This document shows, piece by piece, positions 1 to 7,447 of a stretch of DNA of 56,521 nucleotides; within the stretch, counting starts at the first letter, position 1; each line of letters opens with the position of its first letter. The notes under the pieces were generated by a model. That model did not search any database and was not told where the DNA came from. It saw only the letters and a list, made by a program, of their open reading frames with translations. Origin of the DNA: a virus (Duplodnaviria > Caudoviricetes); the IMG/VR virus record IMGVR_UViG_3300020152_000005, positions 1 through 56,521 of that record, one strand, 5' to 3'. Position numbers and translations under genes: made by a program.

Positions 1-127
1 GCGGCGGCGTACGGATCGAAGAGCTCGCCGCCGGTGCTTCTGCCCTCGAGCACGCGCACGGTTCTGCCGGGCAGCCACTGCCGCGCCTTCGCGGCCCATT
101 GCAGCTTCACGCTGGCCGGGCAGAGCA
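1..127. repeat. Terminal direct repeat, left copy (circular assembly overlap)
   Basis: 1-127 is identical to 56395-56521 and the helicase frame runs through it; 127 is a common assembler k-mer size. Confidence 0.95.
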
Positions 128-899
128 CGACCGCGGGGAAAGCCTGCTCGAGCTGCAGGAACGCGAGCGCCTGCATCGTCTTGCCGAGGCCCTGCTCGTC
201 GGCGATAAACGTCCGCCGTGCGATCTGCGCGTAGCGTACGCCGGCGCGCTGAAACGGCATGAGCTCGCCGCCGAGGCCGGCGATCGGCTCGAGCGGGTAG
301 TCGAGCGCAGTGCTGAGCTCGAAGAGCTCGCGCTTGCCCTGCCGCTCGCGCTCGAAGACGCTCAGGCGCTCGAGCGCGGCCGCGGTCCACTCGAGGCCGT
401 GCTTCTCGGCGAACGCCTGCAGCGCGTCGACCGCCTCGAGCGCGGCGCGCACGAGGTTCAGCTTCCGCTGACCGTCCCAACGCCTGCCGGGAATGCGCCG
501 CACGTCAGCGACCGCGACCGGATCGAAAGGGGAAACGAGCTCGAAGCGATCTTCGGCCGGGTCGTAGCGCACTTCCTTGACCGGCGAGTAGCTCGGGGCG
601 GCAGCGATCGGGATGACCTGCGGGTCCGGCGGCTCTGGGATCTGCGAGTAGACGATGCCGTTCGCGAGCAGCTGCGCCTTGTATTTCCGCAGCAGCTTCC
701 AGACTGCGCGCTTCTGGCGCGGCGTCCAGTTGGCCTCGCCGAGCTCGGCCATCGCGCGGCCGAATGCAGCGTCGTACGCGTTGAAGCCGTGACCGTCGCG
801 CGCGTGCGCGCCATCGCACGCGGCCGCGAGCGCGGCGCACGCGTTGCCGAGCGTCGGCCTGATCGTGAAGCCGGCTGCAGCGAGCTCCTGCGGGTTCAC
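1..899 (-). CDS. SNF2-family helicase, N-terminal part (joins 55170-56394; about 707 aa in total)
   Basis: GTG at 899 overlaps the upstream stop. Reads MNPQELAA...LMPFQRAGVRY...FIADEQGLGKTMQAL...VLCPASVKLQW (Q motif, Walker A), in frame with ORF 55170-56504. Confidence 0.9.
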   Translation of the reverse strand, partial: MNPQELAAAGFTIRPTLGNACAALAAACDGAHARDGHGFNAYDAAFGRAMAELGEANWTPRQKRAVWKLLRKYKAQLLANGIVYSQIPEPPDPQVIPIAAAPSYSPVKEVRYDPAEDRFELVSPFDPVAVADVRRIPGRRWDGQRKLNLVRAALEAVDALQAFAEKHGLEWTAAALERLSVFERERQGKRELFELSTALDYPLEPIAGLGGELMPFQRAGVRYAQIARRTFIADEQGLGKTMQALAFLQLEQAFPAVVLCPASVKLQWAAKARQWLPGRTVRVLEGRSTGGELFDPYAA

Positions 900-1516
900 C
901 TGCGCCGCGGCCGAGGCCCGACGAGCTCGGCCTCGCTCAGGTCCGCGATCGAGAGCTCGCCGCGCGCCATCTGACCGAGCAGCGAGCTCCCTGCCTGCTT
1001 TCCTGCTTCGTACGCTTCCTCGAGCGCGTCGAGGATCAGCTGATCGAGCGCACGAAACGCGGCCGCGGCTTCCGGCGTCATGATCGTCGCGAAAAGCTCG
1101 CCGCCCGGCACGGTGCCCCAATCCGTCAGGCCGTCGTACTTGGCAGTCGGCCGGCCGTGTTCGTTCAGCCGCTCGAGCAGCGGCTCGCTGTCAGGCTGTC
1201 GGTGCGTGCGCTCGCCGACGTTCTCGACGAGAAACGCGAACGCGTGACCGATCGCGCGCGTCGTTTCGGTGCTCAGGCCGTTGCGCCCGTAGTAGTGCGG
1301 GTTCCAGTGCGAATGCCGGACGCCGTTGTGCAGGTAGCTGCCAACCTGCGCGCGCCGGTCGCGTTCCTCGAGCACCTTCGCCGCACGCGCCATCTGATCG
1401 CGGCACTTCCTGCAGACCGCGCCCTTCGGATGCGCGCGCTCGTCGTCGCCGCACTCGCTGCAGGCGTCGTACGTGAAGCCTGCCGGTGCGCGGCGCGTAC
1501 GCTGTCTCGTGCTCAT
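896..1516 (-). CDS. Hypothetical protein with N-terminal CxxC...CxxC zinc ribbon
   Basis: MSTRQRT start overlaps the upstream stop; CSEC and CRKC. Confidence 0.7.
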   Translation of the reverse strand: MSTRQRTRRAPAGFTYDACSECGDDERAHPKGAVCRKCRDQMARAAKVLEERDRRAQVGSYLHNGVRHSHWNPHYYGRNGLSTETTRAIGHAFAFLVENVGERTHRQPDSEPLLERLNEHGRPTAKYDGLTDWGTVPGGELFATIMTPEAAAAFRALDQLILDALEEAYEAGKQAGSSLLGQMARGELSIADLSEAELVGPRPRRR

Positions 1517-1839
1517 CGGTCGCGGAAGTAAAGGGTGCACGTGTGGCCGGCGAGCGGGATCTCGCGCCAGCCGGGGGTAACGCTCTCGATCGGTCGCAGG
1601 TGCGGCAAGGCCGCGACCGGCAGCACGCCGAGCCTGCGCGTCGCCGGGTTCCACCGGCTGACCTCGATCCTGAGCTCGCCGCGGTCGGCGCTGAGCTCGC
1701 GGAACGCGTCGAAGGCGTCTTTCGCCGCGACGACGCCGATCAGGTGCTTAGGCCGCCAGCCCTGCAGGCTGAGCTCGAGCTCGTGCACCGCGTACGGCCG
1801 GTTGCTCGTGCGCTTCTTGTCGTGCCAGAGCATCGGCAT
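1513..1839 (-). CDS. Hypothetical protein
   Basis: MPMLWHDKK start; stop/start overlaps at both ends. Confidence 0.6.
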   Translation of the reverse strand: MPMLWHDKKRTSNRPYAVHELELSLQGWRPKHLIGVVAAKDAFDAFRELSADRGELRIEVSRWNPATRRLGVLPVAALPHLRPIESVTPGWREIPLAGHTCTLYFRDR

Positions 1840-2060
1840 CAGCGCCTCGCGGGGAAGAAGGTCTGACGGACCGCCTCGTTTTCGTCCGGCGAGCTCTCGC
1901 CGGCGCACGCGATCGCGATCGCGACCTCGCGCCGAAACTGCAGCCGATCGAGCGCGTCGAGCGTCGGCCGCTCGAGCCTGATCCAAGCCTCGAGCACTTC
2001 GACGTCGACGTCGCTGCCGAGCTCGTCGCGAAGCTCGCCGATGATCGTGCCGTAGCTCAT
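1839..2060 (-). CDS. Hypothetical protein
   Basis: 73 aa ORF coupled to its neighbours. Confidence 0.65.
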   Translation of the reverse strand: MSYGTIIGELRDELGSDVDVEVLEAWIRLERPTLDALDRLQFRREVAIAIACAGESSPDENEAVRQTFFPARR

Positions 2061-2296
2061 CGGACGTTCGCGCAGCAGGCGTGCACGTTGACGTCGGCGA
2101 CGGTCCAGTCGGTGTCTTCCGGCACGAGCGCCGCGGCCGCCTGCTGCGCGTTCTCTGCGTCGATCTTCCAGCTACCGCCGTCGTGCCGGTCGCAGTCGCG
2201 CGCGATGCCGCGGCAGTCGGGGTCGTGCACCGCGCCTAGCTGGAAACGCTCGCCGGCGCGGACGCTCTGATACTGAATCAGCAGGTAGGTCTTCAT
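2057..2296 (-). CDS. Hypothetical protein
   Basis: MKTYLLIQ start, ATGA overlap, GAGG upstream. Confidence 0.65.
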   Translation of the reverse strand: MKTYLLIQYQSVRAGERFQLGAVHDPDCRGIARDCDRHDGGSWKIDAENAQQAAAALVPEDTDWTVADVNVHACCANVR

Positions 2297-2559
2297 GCGG
2301 CCCTCGCGGAAGTGATCGCGCCGCTCTCGAAGAGCTCGCGCAGCGCGTCGGTGACGTGCACGTAACCGGCGCGACGCCGGCACGTTGCGGAGTAGTAGCC
2401 GTCGCTGTCGGCGCTGTCGACGTCGAGCACGTAGTCGAAGCGGCCGAGCGCGGCCTCGGTCTGCTGCAGTGCAGGCCCGCAGGCGAGCACGCGGAAGCGC
2501 ACGATCGCGTCGGGATGCAGCTTTGCCGACGCGTCTGCGACGCGGACGCCGCGGCTCAC
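2293..2559 (-). CDS. Hypothetical protein
   Basis: GTGA overlap with the upstream stop. Confidence 0.6.
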   Translation of the reverse strand: MSRGVRVADASAKLHPDAIVRFRVLACGPALQQTEAALGRFDYVLDVDSADSDGYYSATCRRRAGYVHVTDALRELFESGAITSARAA

Positions 2560-2792
2560 GCGAGCACCTTCAGTTGCTCGAGGCGGTACTCGTTGACCGC
2601 GTCCTGCAGGCGCTCGGTATCCTCGAGCAGCGCCTCGCCGGCGCTCGTATGGTCGCAGTCCTGCTCGAGGATGTACGCGACCTCGAGCACGCCCTGCTCG
2701 TCGGCGGTCAGGCTCAGGTGCACCTCTGCGAACGGCGCGCGGCGGCCGCACGCGAGGCAGGGGAAGCTCTGCTGAAAAGTGACCTTGCTCAC
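2556..2792 (-). CDS. Hypothetical protein
   Basis: GTG start with GGAG RBS, first gene after the promoter at 2833-2861. Confidence 0.6.
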   Translation of the reverse strand: MSKVTFQQSFPCLACGRRAPFAEVHLSLTADEQGVLEVAYILEQDCDHTSAGEALLEDTERLQDAVNEYRLEQLKVLA

Positions 2793-2814
2793 TGTCGGGC
2801 TCCGGTACGGGTCA

Positions 2815-2862
2815 GTGCTGCTCTCGAGGTACAAGGTAAGCCCTTCCGCTTGCGCCCGCAAG
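2815..2862 (-). promoter_or_regulatory. sigma70-like promoter with GAGAGCAGCAC leader
   Basis: TTGCGG(2861-2856)-N17-TACCTT(2838-2833)-N7-GAGAGCAGCAC; inverted repeat CTTGCG-CC-CGCAAG at 2849-2862. Confidence 0.75.
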
Positions 2863-2881
2863 GGGCAAGAAAAAGCCCGGC
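2815..2881. repeat. 67-bp terminator/promoter cassette, copy 1
   Basis: 66/67 identical to 49676-49742. Confidence 0.9.
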
Positions 2882-2910
2882 GGGGACGGGTCCCGCCGGG
2901 CCGGGCTTTT
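2870..2910 (-). terminator. Rho-independent terminator, possibly bidirectional
   Basis: GCCCGGCGG...CCGCCGGGC stem with an A run on the left and a T run on the right. Confidence 0.75.
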
Positions 2911-2925
2911 GCCGACGTCGCGCTC

Positions 2926-3189
2926 CTAGACGAGGCTGCGACTGACGGTGTACGCCTTCGCCTTCTTCCCTGCGGCCGCACGCTCGGCGTCTCTCCGCTT
3001 CGCGGCGGCCGCGGCTTCGACCTTCGCCGTCAGCGCGCCGATCGCCGGCAGCGATGCCGGGCCGTTGAAGCCGCGGCGGTTGCCCTCGCGGTGCGCGACG
3101 CCCGCGGTTGAGATCCGCAGCACGTGCACGCCTTCGGCCGTCTCGACGCGCACTTCGATGACGCGTGCGCCGCTCACTCTGATTGCCAT
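2926..3189 (-). CDS. Hypothetical basic protein
   Basis: 87 aa; CCGGAGAACGG RBS. Confidence 0.65.
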   Translation of the reverse strand: MAIRVSGARVIEVRVETAEGVHVLRISTAGVAHREGNRRGFNGPASLPAIGALTAKVEAAAAAKRRDAERAAAGKKAKAYTVSRSLV

Positions 3190-3383
3190 GTTCCGTTCTC
3201 CGGTTCGGGTTGTCCGTGCTCTCTCTCGTATCGCTCTGCGCGCTGCGCGCGGTGCTGCGGGCAGTTGCAGAGGTGCGGCGCGTGCCGGTGCAGATGCGGC
3301 TCGTCGTTCTCGAGCTCCGGTGCTGCTGCCCGGTGAATCCGGGCAGCAGCCTCGAGTAGCCGCTTCGTCGCGCGCCGCTTCAC
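3174..3383 (-). CDS. Hypothetical His-rich protein
   Basis: 69 aa, GTGA overlap. Confidence 0.45.
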   Translation of the reverse strand: MKRRATKRLLEAAARIHRAAAPELENDEPHLHRHAPHLCNCPQHRAQRAERYEREHGQPEPENGTWQSE

Positions 3384-3694
3384 GACGCCGCGACCGCGGC
3401 GCGCAGGTAGATCGCGCTCATCGTCTGCAGGCCCTCGGCCTCGCTCGCGACCGTCACGTGCCCGAAGGGGTGATGCTTGACGACGCTCGCCTCGACGATC
3501 GTCTGCCCGCCGGTGCCGGGCTTTACGTACGTGACCTTGTCGCCGACCGCGAAGAGCGTCGAGCGCATCGCCGCCTGCTCGACGATGAGCTCGGGGCAGC
3601 GCATCGCAACGTGCGCGATCTCGCGCGCGTCGAGCTCGCGAAGCTGCTCGAGGATCTTGTCGGTCGCTTCCGTCTGCCGTGCGTGCATGTTCAT
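3380..3694 (-). CDS. Hypothetical protein
   Basis: MNMHARQTE start after GAGAGC; VGDKVTY suggests an SH3-like tail. Confidence 0.6.
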   Translation of the reverse strand: MNMHARQTEATDKILEQLRELDAREIAHVAMRCPELIVEQAAMRSTLFAVGDKVTYVKPGTGGQTIVEASVVKHHPFGHVTVASEAEGLQTMSAIYLRAAVAAS

Positions 3695-3698
3695 GCTC

Positions 3699-3884
3699 TC
3701 AGGAAAGGGTTGAAGCAAGCGCCTCGGCGAGCTCTCGCTCGAGGTGCGGGTCGACGTCGCGCGAGCGCTCCTGCTCACGCGCGTCGTACTGCTGCTGCGC
3801 ACGCTCGATCGCGTGCTGCAGCGCGTCGGGCTGCTCGTGGAAGTAGCGACGCCCGCGGATCGTCAGCGGCAGGCGCGCCTTCAC
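3699..3884 (-). CDS. Hypothetical protein
   Basis: 61 aa, GTGA overlap. Confidence 0.55.
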   Translation of the reverse strand: MKARLPLTIRGRRYFHEQPDALQHAIERAQQQYDAREQERSRDVDPHLERELAEALASTLS

Positions 3885-4141
3885 TGCTCGATCTCGCGGA
3901 CGTAGTCACGTACCGCGTTGAACGCCGCGGCGCTCAGGTGCGGCCGCGCGTCGACGAGGATCTCGCGAAGCTCGCGCGCCGCGTGCGTGCCGACGCCGCG
4001 CTCTGCGCCGCTGATCCAGTGAATCAGGCTGAACGCGACGCCGAGGTCGCCGCCGACGTTGCGAGCGACGAGCGCTTCGATCGCCTTACGCGCTGCCTGC
4101 TGCCGGTGCTCGTGCTGGCTGAGACGGTCACTGCGGGCCAT
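3881..4141 (-). CDS. Hypothetical protein
   Basis: MARSDRL start with GGGAG RBS, first gene after the promoter. Confidence 0.65.
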   Translation of the reverse strand: MARSDRLSQHEHRQQAARKAIEALVARNVGGDLGVAFSLIHWISGAERGVGTHAARELREILVDARPHLSAAAFNAVRDYVREIEQ

Positions 4142-4160
4142 GCGGCTGCTCCCTGCTCGA

Positions 4161-4213
4161 GGTTCGGTGCTGCTCTCGAGGGGAAGTATACTGCGCTTGC
4201 GCGCGCAAGTCAA
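4161..4213 (-). promoter_or_regulatory. Near-consensus sigma70-like promoter with operator-like palindrome
   Basis: TTGACT(4213-4208)-N17-TATACT(4190-4185)-N7-GAGAGCAGCACCGAACC; perfect palindrome CTTGCGCGCGCAAG at 4196-4209. Confidence 0.85.
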
Positions 4214-4245
4214 TGCGCGCGGAAAGCCTTGTGCCGCAACGGGTG

Positions 4246-4890
4246 CTAGAAGAGGTCGAACGCGCGTTTCACATGAAACAACGCGCGCCGGTCGAGCGGG
4301 TGCAGCGTCGCGGCCGCGGTCCATCCACGCGCGCGGCCGGGGTCCCACGTCAGCTCGAGCGGGATCTCGAGACGTCGCTCGAGCGCGTCGTCTTCGTACG
4401 CGAGCAGCAGCGCCGGGCCGATCGAGATCCACGCGTGACCGAGACGCTGCTCGTCGCAGACGACGCCCGCGCCGGTGATCGTCAGGCGACCGCTGCAGCG
4501 CGACGCGTCGAAGCTCTCGCCGATCGGCGTATGCCCGCCGCTGTCGCTCGGCTCGGCGCGCGTCAGCTCGAGCTCGCCGCTGAACGGATCGAGCTCAGCC
4601 CAGAGCACGACGCGCACGGTGTCGACGCGGATGATCGTGTCGTAGACGATGCGCGGCTCGGCTGGCTCGAGCACGCTGACGCCGGCGAGGCGGTTGCGAG
4701 CTCGAGCCAGCAGGTCTACGTCGCGCGCACGCGCCTCGAGCTCGGCGATGCGCGCGGCCGCGCTGTCGAAGGCAGCGGCGCTTCCCTCGCGGATCGTGAT
4801 CGTCTTCGGCTCGGGTCGCAGCAGCCAGACGAGCAGCGCGCCGAGCAGCGCGCCGGCGACGACGAGCGCGGCGATCGTCTTCCAGCTCAT
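4246..4890 (-). CDS. Membrane-anchored lysis-cassette protein (spanin candidate)
   Basis: N-terminal TM helix, short coiled coil, beta-rich C-terminus ending in Phe; directly downstream of the endolysin. Confidence 0.6.
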   Translation of the reverse strand: MSWKTIAALVVAGALLGALLVWLLRPEPKTITIREGSAAAFDSAAARIAELEARARDVDLLARARNRLAGVSVLEPAEPRIVYDTIIRVDTVRVVLWAELDPFSGELELTRAEPSDSGGHTPIGESFDASRCSGRLTITGAGVVCDEQRLGHAWISIGPALLLAYEDDALERRLEIPLELTWDPGRARGWTAAATLHPLDRRALFHVKRAFDLF

Positions 4891-5762
4891 CCGACGAGCT
4901 CGAGGTCGCACGCCTCGGCGAGCTCTTCCCACGGAAAGAGCGGATGCACGTCGCTCTTGTCGCTGCGGACGTGCGCGTGACCGAGCACGCCCTTGAACGT
5001 GCGCAGGTCAGCGTTGAAGGCCCACGGATCGCGCGGCATCCGGCGCGGCACGCTCGGGAAGCGATCGAGCAGCTCGCGCACGGTCGCGATGCACGTCTCG
5101 AGCTGCTTCGGGTTGTACGCGTCGAAGTAACGGTAGCCGCGCCACTCTCGGCCGAGGTCAACGTGCGGCTCGGTCGCCGGCTTGTAGCGTCCGGTCTTCG
5201 GATTCTTGAAGACGGTCACGATGCCGTTGTCGACCTTCAGCAGCGGCCCCTCGCTCGCGAGCTCGATCTGAATCGCGCGGCGGTCGTGCTCGTAGTTGTT
5301 GGCCGCGCCGCCGTTCGCGCCCGGACCGAGCGCCCACGCCCAATGCTCGAGCGGGAAGTGCAGGAAGCGCCGGCCGTCGCGCTCGAGGCCGATCGCGGTG
5401 CCGACGCGTTCCTTGTTTGCAAGCCACCATCCGACGCTCGAGGCCATCGAGCCGCCGACCGTGTGATGCAGCACGATCAGCGTCTTCTCCTGCGGCTCGT
5501 CGACGTACTGCGTCGGCGGCAGGGGCAGGCTCAGGTCCCACGCCGGCGCGAGGTGCACCGCGGGTGCCTCGATCGGGGCCGGTGCCGGCGCAGCCGGCCG
5601 AGCCTGCTCGACGTCGGGCTCGACGACGTCGACGGGCTGGCCGAGCGGCTGACCGGGCAGCTGCGGGTCCGCCGCAGGCGGCGTAGAAGGCTGCTGAGGC
5701 GGTCTGGCGGCCGCTAGGCGGGCCGCCAGAGCCCGCAGCGCCCGGATCAGCGCGGACAGCAT
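4887..5762 (-). CDS. Endolysin, N-acetylmuramoyl-L-alanine amidase (Amidase_2 type)
   Basis: IVLHHTVG, AIQIELAS and GVLGHAHVRSDKSD Zn-amidase motifs. Confidence 0.9.
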   Translation of the reverse strand: MLSALIRALRALAARLAAARPPQQPSTPPAADPQLPGQPLGQPVDVVEPDVEQARPAAPAPAPIEAPAVHLAPAWDLSLPLPPTQYVDEPQEKTLIVLHHTVGGSMASSVGWWLANKERVGTAIGLERDGRRFLHFPLEHWAWALGPGANGGAANNYEHDRRAIQIELASEGPLLKVDNGIVTVFKNPKTGRYKPATEPHVDLGREWRGYRYFDAYNPKQLETCIATVRELLDRFPSVPRRMPRDPWAFNADLRTFKGVLGHAHVRSDKSDVHPLFPWEELAEACDLELVG

Positions 5763-6097
5763 CAGGCGAGGCGCAGAACGACGAGGCCGAGCTCGAAGGC
5801 GAGCAGCAGCAGCATCGCAGGAATCAGGGCCAGCACGAGCAGCAGCGGCGGGGTGCCGGACGTAACGGTGCGCGTGGCGGACGGGTCGTTGCCGACCTGC
5901 ACCGGCTGCGTCGTCTTCAGGCGCAGCGCGATGTTCACGAAACCGAGCAGCGCGAGCGCGCGCTCATTCCACGGCGACGGAAGCAGGTTCTCGGTCGTCA
6001 CCGCCTCGATCAGCATCGCGATGATGCTCAGCAGGTTGACCCAGAACGTCCAGCTCTGCCAGAGCGGCTTTGCGGGTACATCGAGCGTGCGTGCCAT
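5762..6097 (-). CDS. Holin
   Basis: KPLWQSWTFWVN...NIALRLKTTQPV pattern, 2-3 TM segments, upstream of the endolysin. Confidence 0.7.
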   Translation of the reverse strand: MARTLDVPAKPLWQSWTFWVNLLSIIAMLIEAVTTENLLPSPWNERALALLGFVNIALRLKTTQPVQVGNDPSATRTVTSGTPPLLLVLALIPAMLLLLAFELGLVVLRLA

Positions 6098-6585
6098 CAG
6101 TGCCCCCTCTCTCTTTCGGTTTGACGCCTTTCGAGCGCCTCGAGACGTCGCGCGATCTCGGCGTTCGTTGCCGTGACCGCGGCGAGCGTTTCCCCCTGTT
6201 TCTGCATCTGCCGGCCGACCTCCTGCAACGTGTCCGCGATCGGCCGCCACTTCAGACGATCAGCCTGCTCGAGCTTCACGGTCCGCTCGCTGGTTTCGGC
6301 TGCCTTTTCCATCGCAGCCGCTGCGAGATGCGTCGCGCTCGACGCGATCCCGCTGACGCCCTGAATGTCTTTCAGAAGTGCCTCGTGCTCTCGCTCGGCG
6401 TCTTCCTTCGTCATGAACGTCTCGCGCAGGCTTTCGTTGCGCGCGTTCCGCAGCAGCTTCGCGAGGAATCCACTGCCGAGCAGACCGACGACGATCGAGA
6501 CGGTCGCTGCAATTGCCGCGATGCTCCAAACCGGCCGCTCCTGCTCCTGCTGCAGCAGTGCGACAATGACGGCACTCAGATCCAC
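6097..6585 (-). CDS. Membrane protein with C-terminal coiled coil (lysis-associated)
   Basis: TM WSIAAIAATVSIVVGLLGSGF then heptad repeats. Confidence 0.65.
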   Translation of the reverse strand: MDLSAVIVALLQQEQERPVWSIAAIAATVSIVVGLLGSGFLAKLLRNARNESLRETFMTKEDAEREHEALLKDIQGVSGIASSATHLAAAAMEKAAETSERTVKLEQADRLKWRPIADTLQEVGRQMQKQGETLAAVTATNAEIARRLEALERRQTERERGH

Positions 6586-6685
6586 CTTTCCCCCGGCTCC
6601 GGTGATCCTGTCAGCGATCAGAAGCCGGCGGCGATGCGCTCGGCTCTCGAAACGTATCCGCGCTGCGCGGCCGACGACAAGGCCC

Positions 6686-7057
6686 TTACTCTGCCGCCGC
6701 CGGGTCCTCGATCGACGTCCGCGCCGCGAGCTCTTCGTCGAGCTCCTGCGGTGTCAGCAGGCGCAGCTGCTTCCGCTGCGCCTTCGTGAATTTCGCGCGG
6801 CGCTCGAGCGTGACGTCGAAGCCTTGCGCGACGAGCTCGTCGCCGGTGCTCGGAAACTCCTGCATCGGCGCGTTCCTCGTGAAGATGAACGTGACGTGCA
6901 TCGCCGAGAGCCCTTCCCAACCGAGCTCCTGCTCGATCCGCCGCAGCTCCGCGTCCGGCGCGCTCAGCTTGACGATGCCGCCCGGCCGCATCTCGTGCAG
7001 CTGATTCTTCTGCACGACGGTCGTCGCCTTCACCTTCTGCGTCTTCTTCGGTGCCAT
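6686..7057 (-). CDS. Hypothetical protein
   Basis: 123 aa, GGAG RBS. Confidence 0.7.
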   Translation of the reverse strand: MAPKKTQKVKATTVVQKNQLHEMRPGGIVKLSAPDAELRRIEQELGWEGLSAMHVTFIFTRNAPMQEFPSTGDELVAQGFDVTLERRAKFTKAQRKQLRLLTPQELDEELAARTSIEDPAAAE

Positions 7058-7060
7058 AAC

Positions 7061-7447
7061 CTACGCTCCCTCGATTGCCTTGTAGCCGTTGACGATGTCC
7101 GCTGACGCGCCGACCGCCTGAAAGACGCGCCACCGCTTGACGACGCCGAGCCGCACCGCGCGACCGAGGCAGCCGTCGCAAATGAAAACCGCTTCCACGT
7201 TCCGAATGCCCGCGCGCGTCAGGTAGTCGACGCGCGTCGCTCGTGCGATCGGCCGAATGTCGAGCAGGCAGTCCGCCGGCCGCGGCCGGTTGCAGCACGG
7301 CGCGTAGATCGTCGGGTTCGTTCCGTCGCCCTCGAGCGCGACGCGCACGCCGCGCCAGACGACCTCGAGCTCGTCATCGAGCCTGTCGCGGATGCGCTGC
7401 TTCTGCTCAGGCGTCGCATTCTGCCAGATCGTTTTTAGCGTGTTCAT
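7061..7447 (-). CDS. Hypothetical Cys-containing protein
   Basis: 128 aa coupled to the tail gene; PCC...C...CDGC. Confidence 0.7.
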   Translation of the reverse strand: MNTLKTIWQNATPEQKQRIRDRLDDELEVVWRGVRVALEGDGTNPTIYAPCCNRPRPADCLLDIRPIARATRVDYLTRAGIRNVEAVFICDGCLGRAVRLGVVKRWRVFQAVGASADIVNGYKAIEGA

